A stretch of 63,874 nucleotides of DNA, filler included, from Intoshia linei (GCA_001642005.1; 9 parts of 9 records of this genome joined end to end with filler, not necessarily neighbours in it), one strand, 5' to 3'. Shown: positions 25,650-38,857, counted from the first letter of the whole stretch. The notes: generated by a model not told the origin, from the letters alone. Translations and numbers: made by a program.

Positions 25650-26826
25650 ATGACGAAATTAATATTTTTACTTTTTGGACTGATAAGTCTAACAATTTCA
25701 ACGAATATATATATGTATCACAACCAAATTTTTTCAGTATACTATTATGGAAAGTATCATTAGTAAACGGTGGCAAGATGAAAAAAAATGTGGTAATTTC
25801 TCCACCGTCAATAAAAGTTATATTAAAAATGTTATTCCATGCAATGCCAGAGAGTCATAGAAATGAATTAAAAAGTTACGGACACTTTCGTGAAGGTACA
25901 TTTAAACATAATGAAATAACGAATTTGAAAGCGGCTCAATCGCATATAAGTAAAAAATATTTTGAATTTGAATTTAAAAAAAATTATTTATTGCAAATGG
26001 ATTCATCGTAAAAAATAATATTTCATAATATTTGGGTGTCACTCAAAATTCAATACAATCCATCAATTTTCATCAAAGTTCTAATGCTGCAAACACTATA
26101 AATAATGTTTATTAGTAAAGTTACACACAATCGAATAAATAACATTATTTTTGCGGAAGAGATTAGTCGGATACAAATGTAGTTGTAGTAAATGCTGTTT
26201 ATTTGAAAGCAGCTTATATGGTCAGTTTTAATAAAAAGTACACCCAAAAAAAGAGACTTCAAGTTATTTTCAATGAATAAAGTTTCAAAAGTTGACACAA
26301 TGTACTGCCAGAGACTACCTATATATATTTAATTAATAAAGAAATGCAAATTGTTCAAATCCCTTACAAGGTCAAAAATTTGAATTTAATAGTTGTGAAA
26401 CGTTTTGATGGTAAAAATATTAAAAATTCTGAGAAAGTAATCAATAATTTCTATGCACAAGGACAAGTTGGTCCAATAAATTTCTTTTTACCTAAATTTT
26501 TAATATCCAGCAAATTAGATTTGAAACAAATATTTGAATCTATGAATATTAAAAATATTTTCCGTCAAGATGCAGATTTTTCAGAATTGACAGATAAAAA
26601 ATTGAAAGTTGAAAAAATTATACTTGTTGCCAATATGGATGTCGATAAGGTTTGTACTACGGCCGCTGCCGCCACTGTTGCTATAATGGTCGCAAATGGA
26701 ATGATATTTTTATTTTTGGCTCCAAAACCAGTGGTTATCAAAATGGATTCTTCTTTCTCAGCTTATCTCACATATGGCGAAAGTAGAATGATTCTTTTCA
26801 GTGCTTTTGTGGATAATTTAAAGTAA
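25650..26826 (+). pseudogene. Intronless secreted serpin, frameshifted
   Basis: Signal peptide MTKLIFLLFGLISLTIS, NVVISPPSI, VVNAVYLKA, LPKF, ADFSELT and hinge/RCL DKVCTTAAAATVAIMV. The motifs fall in different frames (first shift at the (AT)n tract ~25706-25718, more at 25980-26330). Confidence 0.85.
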
Positions 26827-27202
26827 ACAGTTTTGGATATATCAATATTAAAATTTGATTATTTCAATTTTGTTATATTATTACTTAACGTATTCTGGTC
26901 ATTATGTATTTATCCTTGTTTGTTATAAATAAATAAAATTAGGAAATTACCCTGTCTTTGAAAAAATTACACCTCAAATATTGGCGAATATAATCATATT
27001 ATACACATACAAGGTAATATCATACAAAAATTACTAAATTTTTGAAACTAAAATGTTACATTAATTTAAGAATTTGAAATTATTTTTTAAATTTTTTATT
27101 GTATTACAATTACAATTGTAATACAAATACAGGTACAAAACGTAAACCATTGTGTATAAAGTTATATTATTGATATTTACAAATTATATCGTAGATATAT
27201 AT

Positions 27203-29164
27203 TATCGGTTGGTTAGAATATTCATATCTTTACTATAACTTGTATCGTTATCCTAAAATTAGTTATATATTAATTAATAGTATTATACTTGTTAAACGTG
27301 ATTTTTTTGGGTGATGATATTTGATGGAAATTTAATTGTTGATAATTTTAAATTGTTGAATTGTCTGTCCAAATCTAAAATAAAAATACAATAATTGTAA
27401 CATTTTTTAATAAAATCAAATTTTGATTTACAATTTAAAATTAGATAAAATCAATTACTTTGCATTAGTAATAGCTACATTCAATCTTCTATAATTTGAT
27501 AAGAAGCCGATTTTATTGTCATCATTAGATCTAACACCACGGAAAATGATGTAGTCTTTTTCTCTACCTTGAAATGAATCCACTGAACCAATTTCAATAT
27601 TCTAATATGATAAAATAAAATTTTAAAATAGATTACCGAATCATTCCATTTATTGCTGACACGTTTGACAATTTTTGTTATTTGCGATTTGTATGGAGTA
27701 ATTATACCAATTAGAATCGAGGATATTTCACTTTTGAACAAATTATTTAACACAGTAAGAATATTATCAACTTCCAACATGTTTACAAACGAATTGTTTT
27801 CGTTTTTTTCAGTTCCGACAGTATTTTAAAACATGATTGGCAACTTTTTATTGAACCATTCAAATTTATCCATTCTATCTTCTTCTGTTATATTACTTAA
27901 TAGTTTATTGTCATAAAACGCTTTGGAAGAGAAAACGCATAAACTAGGATGCATTCTGTATTAAGTGTATAATAAAATTAGCTTAATTACAGTAGTGATT
28001 AGTCGCTCAAACATTTAAATGCATTTTCCTGATTTTACTAAACATTTATTTTTTAATATTGGCTGCAGTTGATGCTGATCACCGACTAATATTAGCCGAT
28101 GACAGCCTCTCATCATGGGAATGAGACAATCCGTTTCGGTGCCTAAAGTAGCTTTGTCGATTATAACTGATAGAAATATTTTGTTATTCAAAAGTCTATT
28201 CGCAGCATTATCGCACATAACACAGATTATTTTTGTGGTGTTTAATATTTCCTGCCTTTTTTCTTCGAGTTTTGTGTGGAACGAATCTTGCCATTTAATC
28301 AATTCTGCATTTTAATTTACTATTTTTGAGTATATAATGAAATATGAATAAATCTGGATATTTTTTAAACACTTTGCAATCCAAAGACAAATGCTTCACG
28401 TGTGAAGTTTATATTGATTGTTTTAAGAATAATCGTATAACGCTGAAGCCAGCTTGGTCTAATTTATCTGCAAGATTGTTTACTGCAGCATTTGAAGGTG
28501 CACATACAAAAATAGCTAACAGATAGCAATTTAAATTGCAAATTATGGTGGCGCTGGTCAAATTTTTTCCCGTCCCAGGCGGTCCTTGAATCTGTGTGAG
28601 CGGTGATAACATTGCCGTCTTTACAGCAAGTTGTTGCAATTTATTCAACTGACCAATTCTTCTAATGCTCATATCATTTGGAAAAATGAAACTAGCCTTT
28701 AAATTAAATTTTATATCACCTAATAGTATTCTTCTTAAGATGAATGAAAATTCTTTGTTTGCAAATGTGTGTAAGGCATGTATTTTATTTTTATATTGAG
28801 TTTTGTTTTGTACTAATTTGAGATTTAAATAATTAAAGTTTTTTAAATCTTGATAAAAATTCAAAATTGAAATTATGTAGTTTTTTGAATCCGATTTTTT
28901 GATAATACGATTAAACTTTTCATTTGGTATATGTTCAGTCGATATTTCGACAGGTTCTAATGTAGATTTGAGAAAATGTCCATTTTTTTCGATCTATTTC
29001 GCCAATCATTTCAAAATCTACAGATATCCAATTTATTAAAATTTTTCTTTTAGGCTCGTTTTTGTATTTTTTTTTTTTTGGGTAAAATTCTCCACATTCA
29101 ACATGTTAAGGTGAGTTTCCAGATATTGGTCCATGGTAATATAATTTGAAGATGGTGATAACAT
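27203..29164 (-). pseudogene. UPF1-like SF1B helicase, degenerate
   Basis: [79 protein letters not shown]. In-frame TAA at ~27962-27964, plus stops and frameshifts in the 5' part. Confidence 0.85.
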
Positions 29165-29379
29165 TTTTAATAATCAAGTTCGTGTAGTTTAAAATTTATG
29201 AAAATAAAATAATTTCATTATGTTTATTAATTACAACTAGGCGTGTCGGTATTTGATATTTACATCATTATTTAATTGCCACATTTTTGGATTAACAAAT
29301 GACCCAATAAATATTATAATTGTTTCAAGTACTAATGACTAATAACATTTCATTGTTTGGTATGGTTTCGATTTATAGT

Positions 29380-31265
29380 AATGAATATGTCTACTTCATA
29401 TGTGCTATTTTAAATTCTTATTTGCTGATAAATAATAATTTTAACAAAAAAAATGACGCGATTATTTCATCTATTTGACGCATCAATGAAATCAGAAACA
29501 ACGGTAAACAGTGACTGTCAATGTATCCACTATTAATTGAAAAACCGTTATAACAATTAATATACATTGTGCGATATCGTTTTAATTTTAACATTCTACC
29601 TAAAATCAACACGCACGCGTTAACGATATAAATTATAATATCATATACTGGTGATTTGATGGAAAAATTTTATTTTTTCTGGAACTTATGATATTTATGA
29701 CAATTTTTAGGATTGGACTGTTTTTACTTTATTTTTAATATTATACACACATTTTGTCTAATAAAATTGGACTGTTTTTACTTTATTTTTAATATTATAC
29801 ACACATTCTGTCTAATAAAATTTAAAAAATGGAATAACAATTCTTTATGCAAATGTTAGCAAAACAAAATTAATATGGAATCATTAACTTTAAAGTAAAA
29901 AGTAATGTGATACGACGATTCCACCTGAAACAATTGTAATAATTTTAACTTAAAATATAACGCAATTTTTTATATATTTGACATTTTCAATGAAATCCGA
30001 AAAAACAGTAAAACAGAGTCTGTTCAATGTATCCTCTATTAGTTTAAACATAAGCTTTCTATGATCAATAAATATTATAATTCTAGCACCTACAATAATA
30101 ATTTTAAATACCATAACAAAACAATATGCATATTTTTATAGTACACCAATTATAATTATGTAAAATAAACAAAGTGTCATATACATAATGTATGATATAT
30201 TTTAATATAATATTGACTATTCACAATAATTATTTATTTGCGGTTTCGATTTATATTTAATGAATGTCTACTCTATTATGTGCTATTATAAATTCTTATG
30301 AGCTGATAAATAATAATTTTAACATAAAAGATGACGCGATTATTTCATCTATTTGACACTTCAATGAAATTTGAAATAACAGTAAAATAGAGTGTCATTG
30401 TATCCACTATTAATTAAAAATTTTACCAATGGATAATTAATGAATGTTATATACATAAATTTAAATCATTAGGGTAGTGGGGTCCAATTAATACATCTTC
30501 ACGAAATACTTTTCACTAAAAAAACTCACGCAAATCAATTTCTTCCAACTATAATTATAGTTTAATTTTTTATGCGATTCAACATATTTGATTATGATTT
30601 TGTTTATTTATAAAAATTTGATTATGCACACGGTTAAGAACCACTGCCTTAATGCATATAACAACACCTATAATGATTTCAGATTTGAAATTTCTAGATA
30701 ATTATTAAAAGAATTAATTTTTTTATTCGTAACAAGCTGTATTCTACAACACAATCTGTGTAACTCTATAAATCTATGTAATATAAGTATTGATTGTATT
30801 TCCACTTCAAATATTATCAAAAAAATTTAGTATACCATTTTACGTCGAACACAAGAATCAAACTACATACATCATGTAGAATGTATTAGTCAAAATATAA
30901 AAAAATTCTTTCATGTAAATTTAATAATTATAATATTTATTGTAATTCTATTTTAAATTATTTATTGGAACGACATTTGTGAATTGAAATAAATTTACTA
31001 CTTATTTAAAACAATGAAATTTAGTAAAACTAAATCTGAAAAATAATGATGAATACAATCATTAATATGATTTAAATGCCTAAATAAAATTGCATTTATA
31101 TAATCATTATTGTTAATATTTTGACTAATCTATTATGTGCTATTATAAATTCTCATTTGCTGATAAATAATACTTTTAACTTAAAAGATGACGCGATTCT
31201 TCATTTATTTGACATTTTCAATGAAATCCGAAACAACTGTAAAATAGAGTCTGTCAATGTATACG
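29380..31265 (+). repeat. Four local copies of a decayed ~140-bp exon-like unit
   Basis: TGTGCTATT...GATGACGCGATT...TCAATGAAAT...TGTAT at ~29400, ~29950 (partial), ~30280 and ~31135. Confidence 0.75.
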
Positions 31266-32227
31266 ATTGACTATTATTACTACTATTCACAATAATTATT
31301 TATTTTCATTTCTTGATATATTCATTTGCGTTTGCATCAAAATTTGACTCCAATAAAAATGTTTATATTTATTTATAATGTGCCAATCCATGGATCAATA
31401 TAGCTTTAATAATATAGAACGGTTACCAAAATAAGATCAACGTGATGATAATGAAACAGTTCAAACCCAAAACAATAAAGAGACAACTCAAAGGCACCAA
31501 CAACAAATGATCCTAGCAGAAATATCTCGCTTGATCGATGCATCATTTTCAGATTACATTGAATATCAAACAGCATTATTCGAAGCTGCAATCCGAGAAA
31601 ACGATAAAAATAAAAATAATTTATGAAATTGACCAAACACAATTATCATGTTTAAATTTTCTGGTTTTCAATACAGCAATATATCTTAATTTACACAAAT
31701 TTCAATAAATAATGAAGATATTTAAATTTATTGTTAATTGAAATTATTATTAATAAATTACATTATTATATTTTTTTCTGAAAATATTCAATTTATTCAT
31801 ATAATGACAATCTAATATGATTATTAATCATATTATCATTGATTATATAAACAAAAATTAGTTAATTGAATATGTAATGTCCAAATAATAAAAATGGTTT
31901 GTTTTTTTAAATTCATTTTGACTAATTTCAGGACTAAAGTTAATTTAATAATGGAGTTAAATGATAATTTAACTTATACAGAAAAAAATTTTGTAGTAAA
32001 AAAATTAATGAATAATTAATATTTAACTAATGTTTTATTGTATTGTATTAAAAAAATTGAAAATAGCTCTGTGTACCAAAAAATTAATTATGCATAGGTT
32101 AAGAACGACTGCCTTAATGTATATAACAACACCGTTAATGATTTCAAATATCAAATTTCTAAATAATTATTAAAATAATTAATTTTTTTATTTGTAACAA
32201 GCTATATTCTACAACAAAATCTGTGCA

Positions 32228-32415
32228 ACTTTATTCATTGAAAATGATTCAAATAAATAGCATTTACTAAAACTACCTTTGTATCCGAATTAATATCTTG
32301 CGCAGAAATAATGCTATTTATTGTATTAAATTGTGTTTAATGTTATATGCGATTGAGCCGCTTTCAATTTCGTTATTTCATCATGTGGAAATGTACATTC
32401 ACAAAAGTGTCTGTA
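32228..32415 (-). pseudogene. Second serpin remnant (internally deleted, inverted)
   Basis: Reverse complement contains ATGAAATAACGAAATTGAAAGCGGCTCAATCGCATATAA (cf. 25911-25949) and TAGTAAATGCTATTTATTTGAA (cf. 26186-26207). Confidence 0.85.
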
Positions 32416-32424
32416 AATAAACAA

Positions 32425-32576
32425 GTTTGGGAACCATTCCTTTAAAAGATTGATAATAGTGAATAGTAGGATTTTTAAGTTAGATTTTCAACATGAATTT
32501 AATTTATAGTAGAATAAAAATGTGTCCTCGGCAGAGTTAGGTGCTGTTTGTACGTTGTACATAATAGTCAAACTAG
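32425..32576 (+). mobile_element. Helitron 3' terminal fragment
   Basis: ...TGTCCTCGGCAGAGTTAG...TGTACGTTGTACATAATAGTCAAACTAG|T. Confidence 0.8.
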
Positions 32577-32975
32577 TATGATATATATACAATATATAGT
32601 ATAAATTGTATACATACGTTAATACAATCTGTATTACAGAGTAGAGTTCTGCAATATAATTTCAGTTTGGATATAATACGATCAAACCAATCTTCTATTC
32701 ACGATGAGAAGGAAGGTGTAAATTTTGAATTTTGACAATCATGATAGTCCTAATGATATTAAAAATTCAAAAACAACAATCCTTACATATATAAAGTAAT
32801 ATAGCTAAAAATTTTCTCTAGGTTTATATATTTATTTTTTTCAGTTTATTTACAAAATTGTTCAGAAAGTAAGTATAGTCGAGTTTTAAAAATTTCATAT
32901 TTATCATTTTTATCGCAAATTTCACTTTTAGAAATTGAGTCCTTTCATTTTGCACTTTGCCAAATACGTATGCAA

Positions 32976-33388
32976 TCCTTACTTATATAATTATAATATT
33001 ACATTATATAATGTATTATATAAATACAATACGTAGCATAATATAATATGCTACGCTATTTTTGCTTGTGTCTGTGTGTGTGTGTTCCACTTTATCTAAA
33101 TAACTACCCGTCTTAGAATTTTATAAAGTTCACATTTCAATTACAGTTTTTTTCGGGGGAATCGCAAAATAAATTTCAACATCCCAAACTCACATCTTAC
33201 GGGCCAAAAACCCCAATTGTCCTTTTTTTTGAAAATCAAACGAATTGAAGAATTTAAAAAAAATACATACGCTGATACTGATTTTAAAATCATAAAAATT
33301 ATCATAAATTTAAATTTAAAAAAATTATACCTTCAAGGCCGAAACCCCAAATTACCCTTCTTTTTTTAATAAAAACAGCCCTAGAATT
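32976..33388 (+). mobile_element. Helitron 5' fragment
   Basis: A|TCCTTACTTATATAA, (TG)n tract, body collinear with 2182-2590. Confidence 0.8.
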
Positions 33389-33905
33389 TACTTTAATTAT
33401 CTCGACTTTCGACAATAAAAGCTTTCGATTTGTAATTTATACGAAAATTATAGTTTTAACATATAAAAGTTTAAAAAATTTAAATTTAGCACATTTAATT
33501 AATTATAAATTATAATATAGTTACAAATTATATATTTAATCTATAATTCTATATATTTTACATTTAGGTCTTTTACATTAATTGTATATTTGCTTAATCC
33601 AAACATTATAAATACCTAAAAATTTTCAATAAGTTTATATTAATATTATAATAATAATATAATGGATATTGAAATAATAAGGATTATAATATACAATATA
33701 ATTATATTAAACATTTAAAATATTTTCTTTGTCCTTTTGAACATTAATACCAATAACATTAACCGTATTCGTGTTTTCCTAACTCGATACGAACCATAAA
33801 TGCTCGTACCACAAATTATGAATATAATTAAATAAAAATTTCATTAGCCTGAATAAAAACCTAAAAATTTTGGTAAACTAACAAATATTATTTAATAGTA
33901 TATAT

Positions 33906-34665
33906 CGGGGGTTCCCAAAATCATTTTATCAGTATATTTTCTCAACGCCGCCAAAAAAATTTTTCGACTATGTCGTATATACAATGTATATTATATATAT
34001 ATTTAAAATTTATTCAATAAATAACCAATTTTTTTTTGATTCAACTTATATCCGAAATCGATATTTAATAATTAAAAAATTAAAAATTATATATATTTTA
34101 ACACTTTAACCCTTTCACTGTCTGTGTATTCTATGATATACACAGCATAATTTTGAAAAACTTTATTCTTTTATTTTCATACATTTTCACATAAGTAATT
34201 TATAAAAAATACAACTTTAAATTAAAACATAAATTCCAGGCGTGTTGTAATGCATCATAACAGTATTAGACAGTGAAAGGGTTAAGACTCGAAAACTGCA
34301 TATGCAGTTTGGAATGTGAACTTCAAATTGACGGTAATTACTTAAACAAACAAACTTTTTACAAACATGAATTTTCTTATATACATTTTTTCAGGCCACA
34401 GTGGAAGTTTTAGTAACCAAAAAATTTATCAACGCTCCACTCTATACATCTAAAATCGTTTTTCGACTACACAGTGAAATTAATAATTAAAATGTTATAA
34501 TAAAACATTCAATGAACATTGACAAGAACTATATTTTAAATATGGTACCGCATCAATTTTACTATACTAAAATATATTAAAAAAAATTTCTATTTATGTC
34601 TTTATAATTTTTTTAAATCGCCCCCAATCGCCCCAGTTGAAAATCGCCCACTTTGGGAACCCCTG
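33906..34665. mobile_element. Non-autonomous hAT element
   Basis: CGGGGGTTCCCAAA ... TTTGGGAACCCCTG with a perfect 8-bp TSD GTATATAT (33898-33905, 34666-34673). Confidence 0.85.
34110..34281. mobile_element. piggyBac-type MITE nested in the hAT element
   Basis: TTAA|CCCTTTCACTGTCT ... AGACAGTGAAAGGG|TTAA: perfect 14-bp TIRs and a TTAA TSD. Confidence 0.88.
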
Positions 34666-35322
34666 GTATATATCATACAGTACAAGTACAAATTTGAGTT
34701 TATAAAGTAATTAAGCATACCAATGAAATGAAGTTCATGGATAAATATCCAAAGAGCAATCTTACACGGATGGTTTTATTGTACAATACTTCATAGCAAT
34801 TAGTTTTTTGGACATGATCGACGTAATTAAATTCAACAATTTCAATTGAAGGATAAAATTCACAATCAAACTATAAATGTTAACAATTAAATTAAAAGAG
34901 GCTACGAACATTAAACATATACATATATATTTTGTACAAATTATTTCAGTTCATGAACCTAACCTCACAGTTTTATGTACGAAACTGCATTAAAATGAAA
35001 CATTCATAATTCATACCTCTTTTTCTAATAAACTTAAAACATGTCGATGTCTATAGTACAATAATTTGGAAATTTTTTCAAATAGTTGAACTCCTGTATT
35101 ACTCTAAATGTTTTTTACATTAAAACAGATTTAACAGTATTTTATATAAACAACATCAATTCACATTGTACTTAATATCACATGGATACGTTAAAATTGC
35201 CACAGCCTTGTTTTTCTACTACATGTATATTTTTAATTTACATTATTTTCAAAATGCATCTGTAATATTCGAACCTTATACATTTTGTACTCCCAATCTG
35301 CTTCAGCATCAGATATATTATA

Positions 35323-35909
35323 TATATGTTGCATAGAATGTGTACTACTATGAAATGTGTAAAACTTTCATTTATATATTTATTTTAGTTTAATTTTGGG
35401 TTTTAGAAATTTTTTTTTAACCAAACTTTAAGGGTGGTTCTTTTATAATTTTTTTTAAACCAAACTTTTTAAGGCTTTTCAGAATTTTTTTTGAACAGAA
35501 CTTTCAAGAGGGGTTTTTAAGTTTTTTTGAACGAAACTTAAAGACAACCTTACAGTTTGGTTACAAAAAATCTTAAAAACTTTATCTTAGTTTTTGGTTA
35601 AAAAAAAAACTTAAAAACCACCCTTGAAAGTTTGGTTAAAACAAATTTCTAAGAAACCCCTCTTGAAAGTTTGGTTCAAAAAAAAATCTAAAACCCAAAA
35701 TTAAAGCTATTTCTATTCCCACACTTCAAAACTTATAAACTGTTTCTCAAGATATAAATGTGAGGTACTTTTATTAATTTGGAATCCTTTTTTAATTAGT
35801 GGTCCTGGGCTACAGCCCATATTGCTCATGCCTTAAAACGGTTATGATACTACGGCTAACCAATATAATGTTTACATTTCACGGTTTTACACATTCTATA
35901 CGACATATA
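35323..35909. mobile_element. Foldback-like TIR element with internal inverted minisatellite arms (35389-35705)
   Basis: Outer TIR TATATGTTGCATAGAATGTGTA / TACACATTCTATACGACATATA. Inner ~37-bp units (TTTTTT(G/A)AACCAAACTTT..AAGGG..GTT) switch orientation mid-array. Confidence 0.65.
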
Positions 35910-36719
35910 CAAGCTTAGTGTATGCTTTGCGACCAAAATCACTATGTATGTAAAAGACCCATTGAAAAATAGAAAACAAATTTTTCTATGATAGAATGAT
36001 AAAATGTTTTACAATACGATTAGGTTTAGCTAATTTTCAAAATAATTGCAATAAAAGGGTAAAATCCATTTTAGACCGGAAAATTGTAAAGTTTTAAGAT
36101 GTAAATATATGATAAACGAATTAGAGGTAAAAAATGTCTAAAAATTTTATTTTTTTTAATTCTATGCATTAAAGTTTTTTTGATAAATGTTAATAAACTC
36201 AGATTTAATTTAAAATATTGAAGGATATTATCGCGATATGGGAATCCCAATTATGAACCGTTGTTGTTGATGTGTTGTATATAAATTTTTTGAAATTTTA
36301 TGTCAACTTACCACATTAAGATAAAATACACTCATAAATACCACTATTGTGATAAGATTTGTAAAAAGAATTGTGATAACCTAAAATTATATGAAAATAT
36401 TATATACGAGTTTTTACAAAACACAACATATACTTTGATCTACTGAGCAATGCTAGACTAAATTGAAATTATTATAGATAATTAAATAAATGCAAAATGT
36501 GGCTTAAACCAGCGACAGGGAAAGTTTCCATATCCTTAAATGTATAAAGTAATTTAGTTAAAAATTTATGTCCGTTTATTCATTTATTTTTCTATTTATT
36601 TGATACCATTATTATTATTATATTATTTATTTAAGAAAGTGATATGCGTAGATTTTTAAGAATACTCAATTTTAATAGTGTATTTCGATGGTGGTGTTTT
36701 ATCTCAAATTTTATTTTCC

Positions 36720-37615
36720 GACATTGAGTCCTTCAAGGCCAAAAACACCAATTATACTTTTTTTTTAAATTCAAACGAGTCTTAGAATTATAAAAAAATA
36801 CACAATCTGATAAATAATTTAAAATGATCTACATTATGATAATTTTAAATTAAAAATCTTATATCTTCACGGCAAAACCACAAATTTTCCTTTTTTGTAA
36901 AAATGAAAACAGTTCTACTTTTTTCAAAGTAGAATTTCCAAAAAAATTATTCGTGATATTTATATTCAGTTAAAAAAAACACACAAAACATTTCAATCTG
37001 ACAAAATAACGCTTTCACGGTCAAAAAAGCACATTTTTATATTTAGTATTTATTTTTTTATTTCGAAACTATTTTATTAAAACAAAAAATTTGAACCCAG
37101 AATTTAGCATTCCCGGTAAATATAACTTTTAATATATTATAATAATTATTAATCAATATTTTTCAAATGTTTGGATTACAATTAAAATATAAAATTTCAA
37201 TATTTATCTGACAATTTCAAAAAAATAAGCATTGAACGTCTACACATTTCCAATATAGAAATATGGGTAAAAATGTCATAAATTGATTTCTTCGGTCTTT
37301 TTCATTGCTGCGCAATTTTTCATTTTCAAAAAATTTAAAATCACTTCAAGTACAACAGTTTATTATTATTATTTTTATATTTATTACAATGTTGGTAAAT
37401 TCACCATAATTTTCTAATAAATTAAATAAATAAAATGGAATAACAAGATTGTTTTTGAAATTTTAAAATGTTAAAAAAATTAAATTAAGTGAGATTAATT
37501 GTCTTAAAATTAAAACGTGATATGAAATAGTTAATCTATGTAAAACAAGTTAAGTAACTATCCGTTTAAAGGATTGATAATAGTGAATATTAGCATTTTT
37601 AAGTAAGATTTTATA
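36720..37615 (+). repeat. Older, diverged Helitron-family copy
   Basis: Same module order as the 56721 copy with more substitutions. Unit cores at ~36732, 36866 and 37014. Confidence 0.6.
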
Positions 37616-38099
37616 AGATCAGAAAATAAGTTAAAAAAATAAAATTTTAAAATTATTAAAAATCTAAACCCAAAAATAGTAAAGAAAACACTTAACAAAA
37701 ATAAGCTTGATTATAAAATGTATAGTTCCTACAAATTGTAAGGTACAATCATTTATGATTTATGATTTATGAATCTGTTTACCAGGTTATGATTAACAAA
37801 ATTAGTTTATTGAACAGTGAAAAAATTCAAAAAGTAAATTTAAATTTAAATTAAATTTGAAAATCGATAGATACAAGTTATTAAATTTCTATATGCTTAC
37901 TTGAGTGCTTTCCATAGTGCAAATTTGAACCAGCTTATTGTATTGGCAATAAAAATTTCTTAAATTCACATTCTTCTCCGGTTACTTTAGTCAGTTTTAA
38001 TAATGTCACAGATTATTAAAATGTTCATTTTATAATGTGTAATTCCAATCTTAAACCTTGTCTCTCAAGACGACTAGAAAAACATCAAAATGATGAAAA

Positions 38100-38635
38100 T
38101 AGATTTATTGAAAATTTTCGCATTAAGAGAGCACGATATGATCAAAAATCGAAATGTAGATATAGATGGGAAGATAAATTGTCACACGATATGATCAAAA
38201 ATCGAAATGTAGATATAGATGGGAAGATAAATTGTCACACGATATGAAAGTTGGTTTATCTCAAACAAAACCAAATATGATAAACTTGTTTACGATAAAC
38301 AACAACCAAACTATCATTAATTATATCATCAGTGATGATTCATCACAAATTTATTATGTAAACTAAAATATTTTTTTCATTACATAGTTTTGTTGCTTTT
38401 ATATATCCCAGAAAAATATTGGTTTAATTGAGATCATATATAATTTAAATCTCATCAAATACAGCTTCCATGTTTATTTAATGATTTTGTTCGATAGGGT
38501 GATCTTTTTAAATCTCAATAAAATACGATTTTTAAGTTTCATTTTAAGGTATCATTTTTTATTTTTGCAGGAGTGCTGGAAATAATTGATCTGACTAACG
38601 GGGGTGCTAAATTTAAAAAAGGTTGAGAAACCCTG
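38100..38635 (+). mobile_element. hAT (Buster-like) 3' remnant
   Basis: After removing a 53-bp duplication it reads KSKCRYRWEDKLSHDMKVGLSQTKP / YDKLVYDKQQPNYH*, similar to Buster C-termini. Right TIR GGTTGAGAAACCCTG ends at 38635. Confidence 0.55.
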
Positions 38636-38663
38636 TACTAGTTTATCTATATATACAAACATT

Positions 38664-38857
38664 ACCTTGATATCATATTGAGAATAATAATCAAGCCGGT
38701 ATCAATCAAAAATAGGTATTTGTCTACCATATGAACAGGTGCATAACTATAATACGTCAATTTTTCAATTAATAATTCGTCACTAAATTCTGAAGAATTT
38801 AGTTTGCTCACTGAAATGACGCATATTCCATAAATTGCAGATAACACAGCCAAGTAC
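38664..38857 (-). CDS. Isolated hydrophobic exon of an unidentified membrane protein
   Basis: AG-bounded open frame YLAVLSAIYGICVISV...FLIDTGLIIILNMIS ending at GTAATG. Confidence 0.35.

Noticed and set aside
27955-27970. TAA at the conserved Gln of QYRMHP, suggesting a ciliate-type code (TAA=Gln)
   Set aside because: PSMD2, MORN3 and ArfGAP end in TAA at the expected positions, and the 1.9-kb PSMD2 exon has no in-frame TAA or TAG. A CAA>TAA nonsense change in a pseudogene is simpler.
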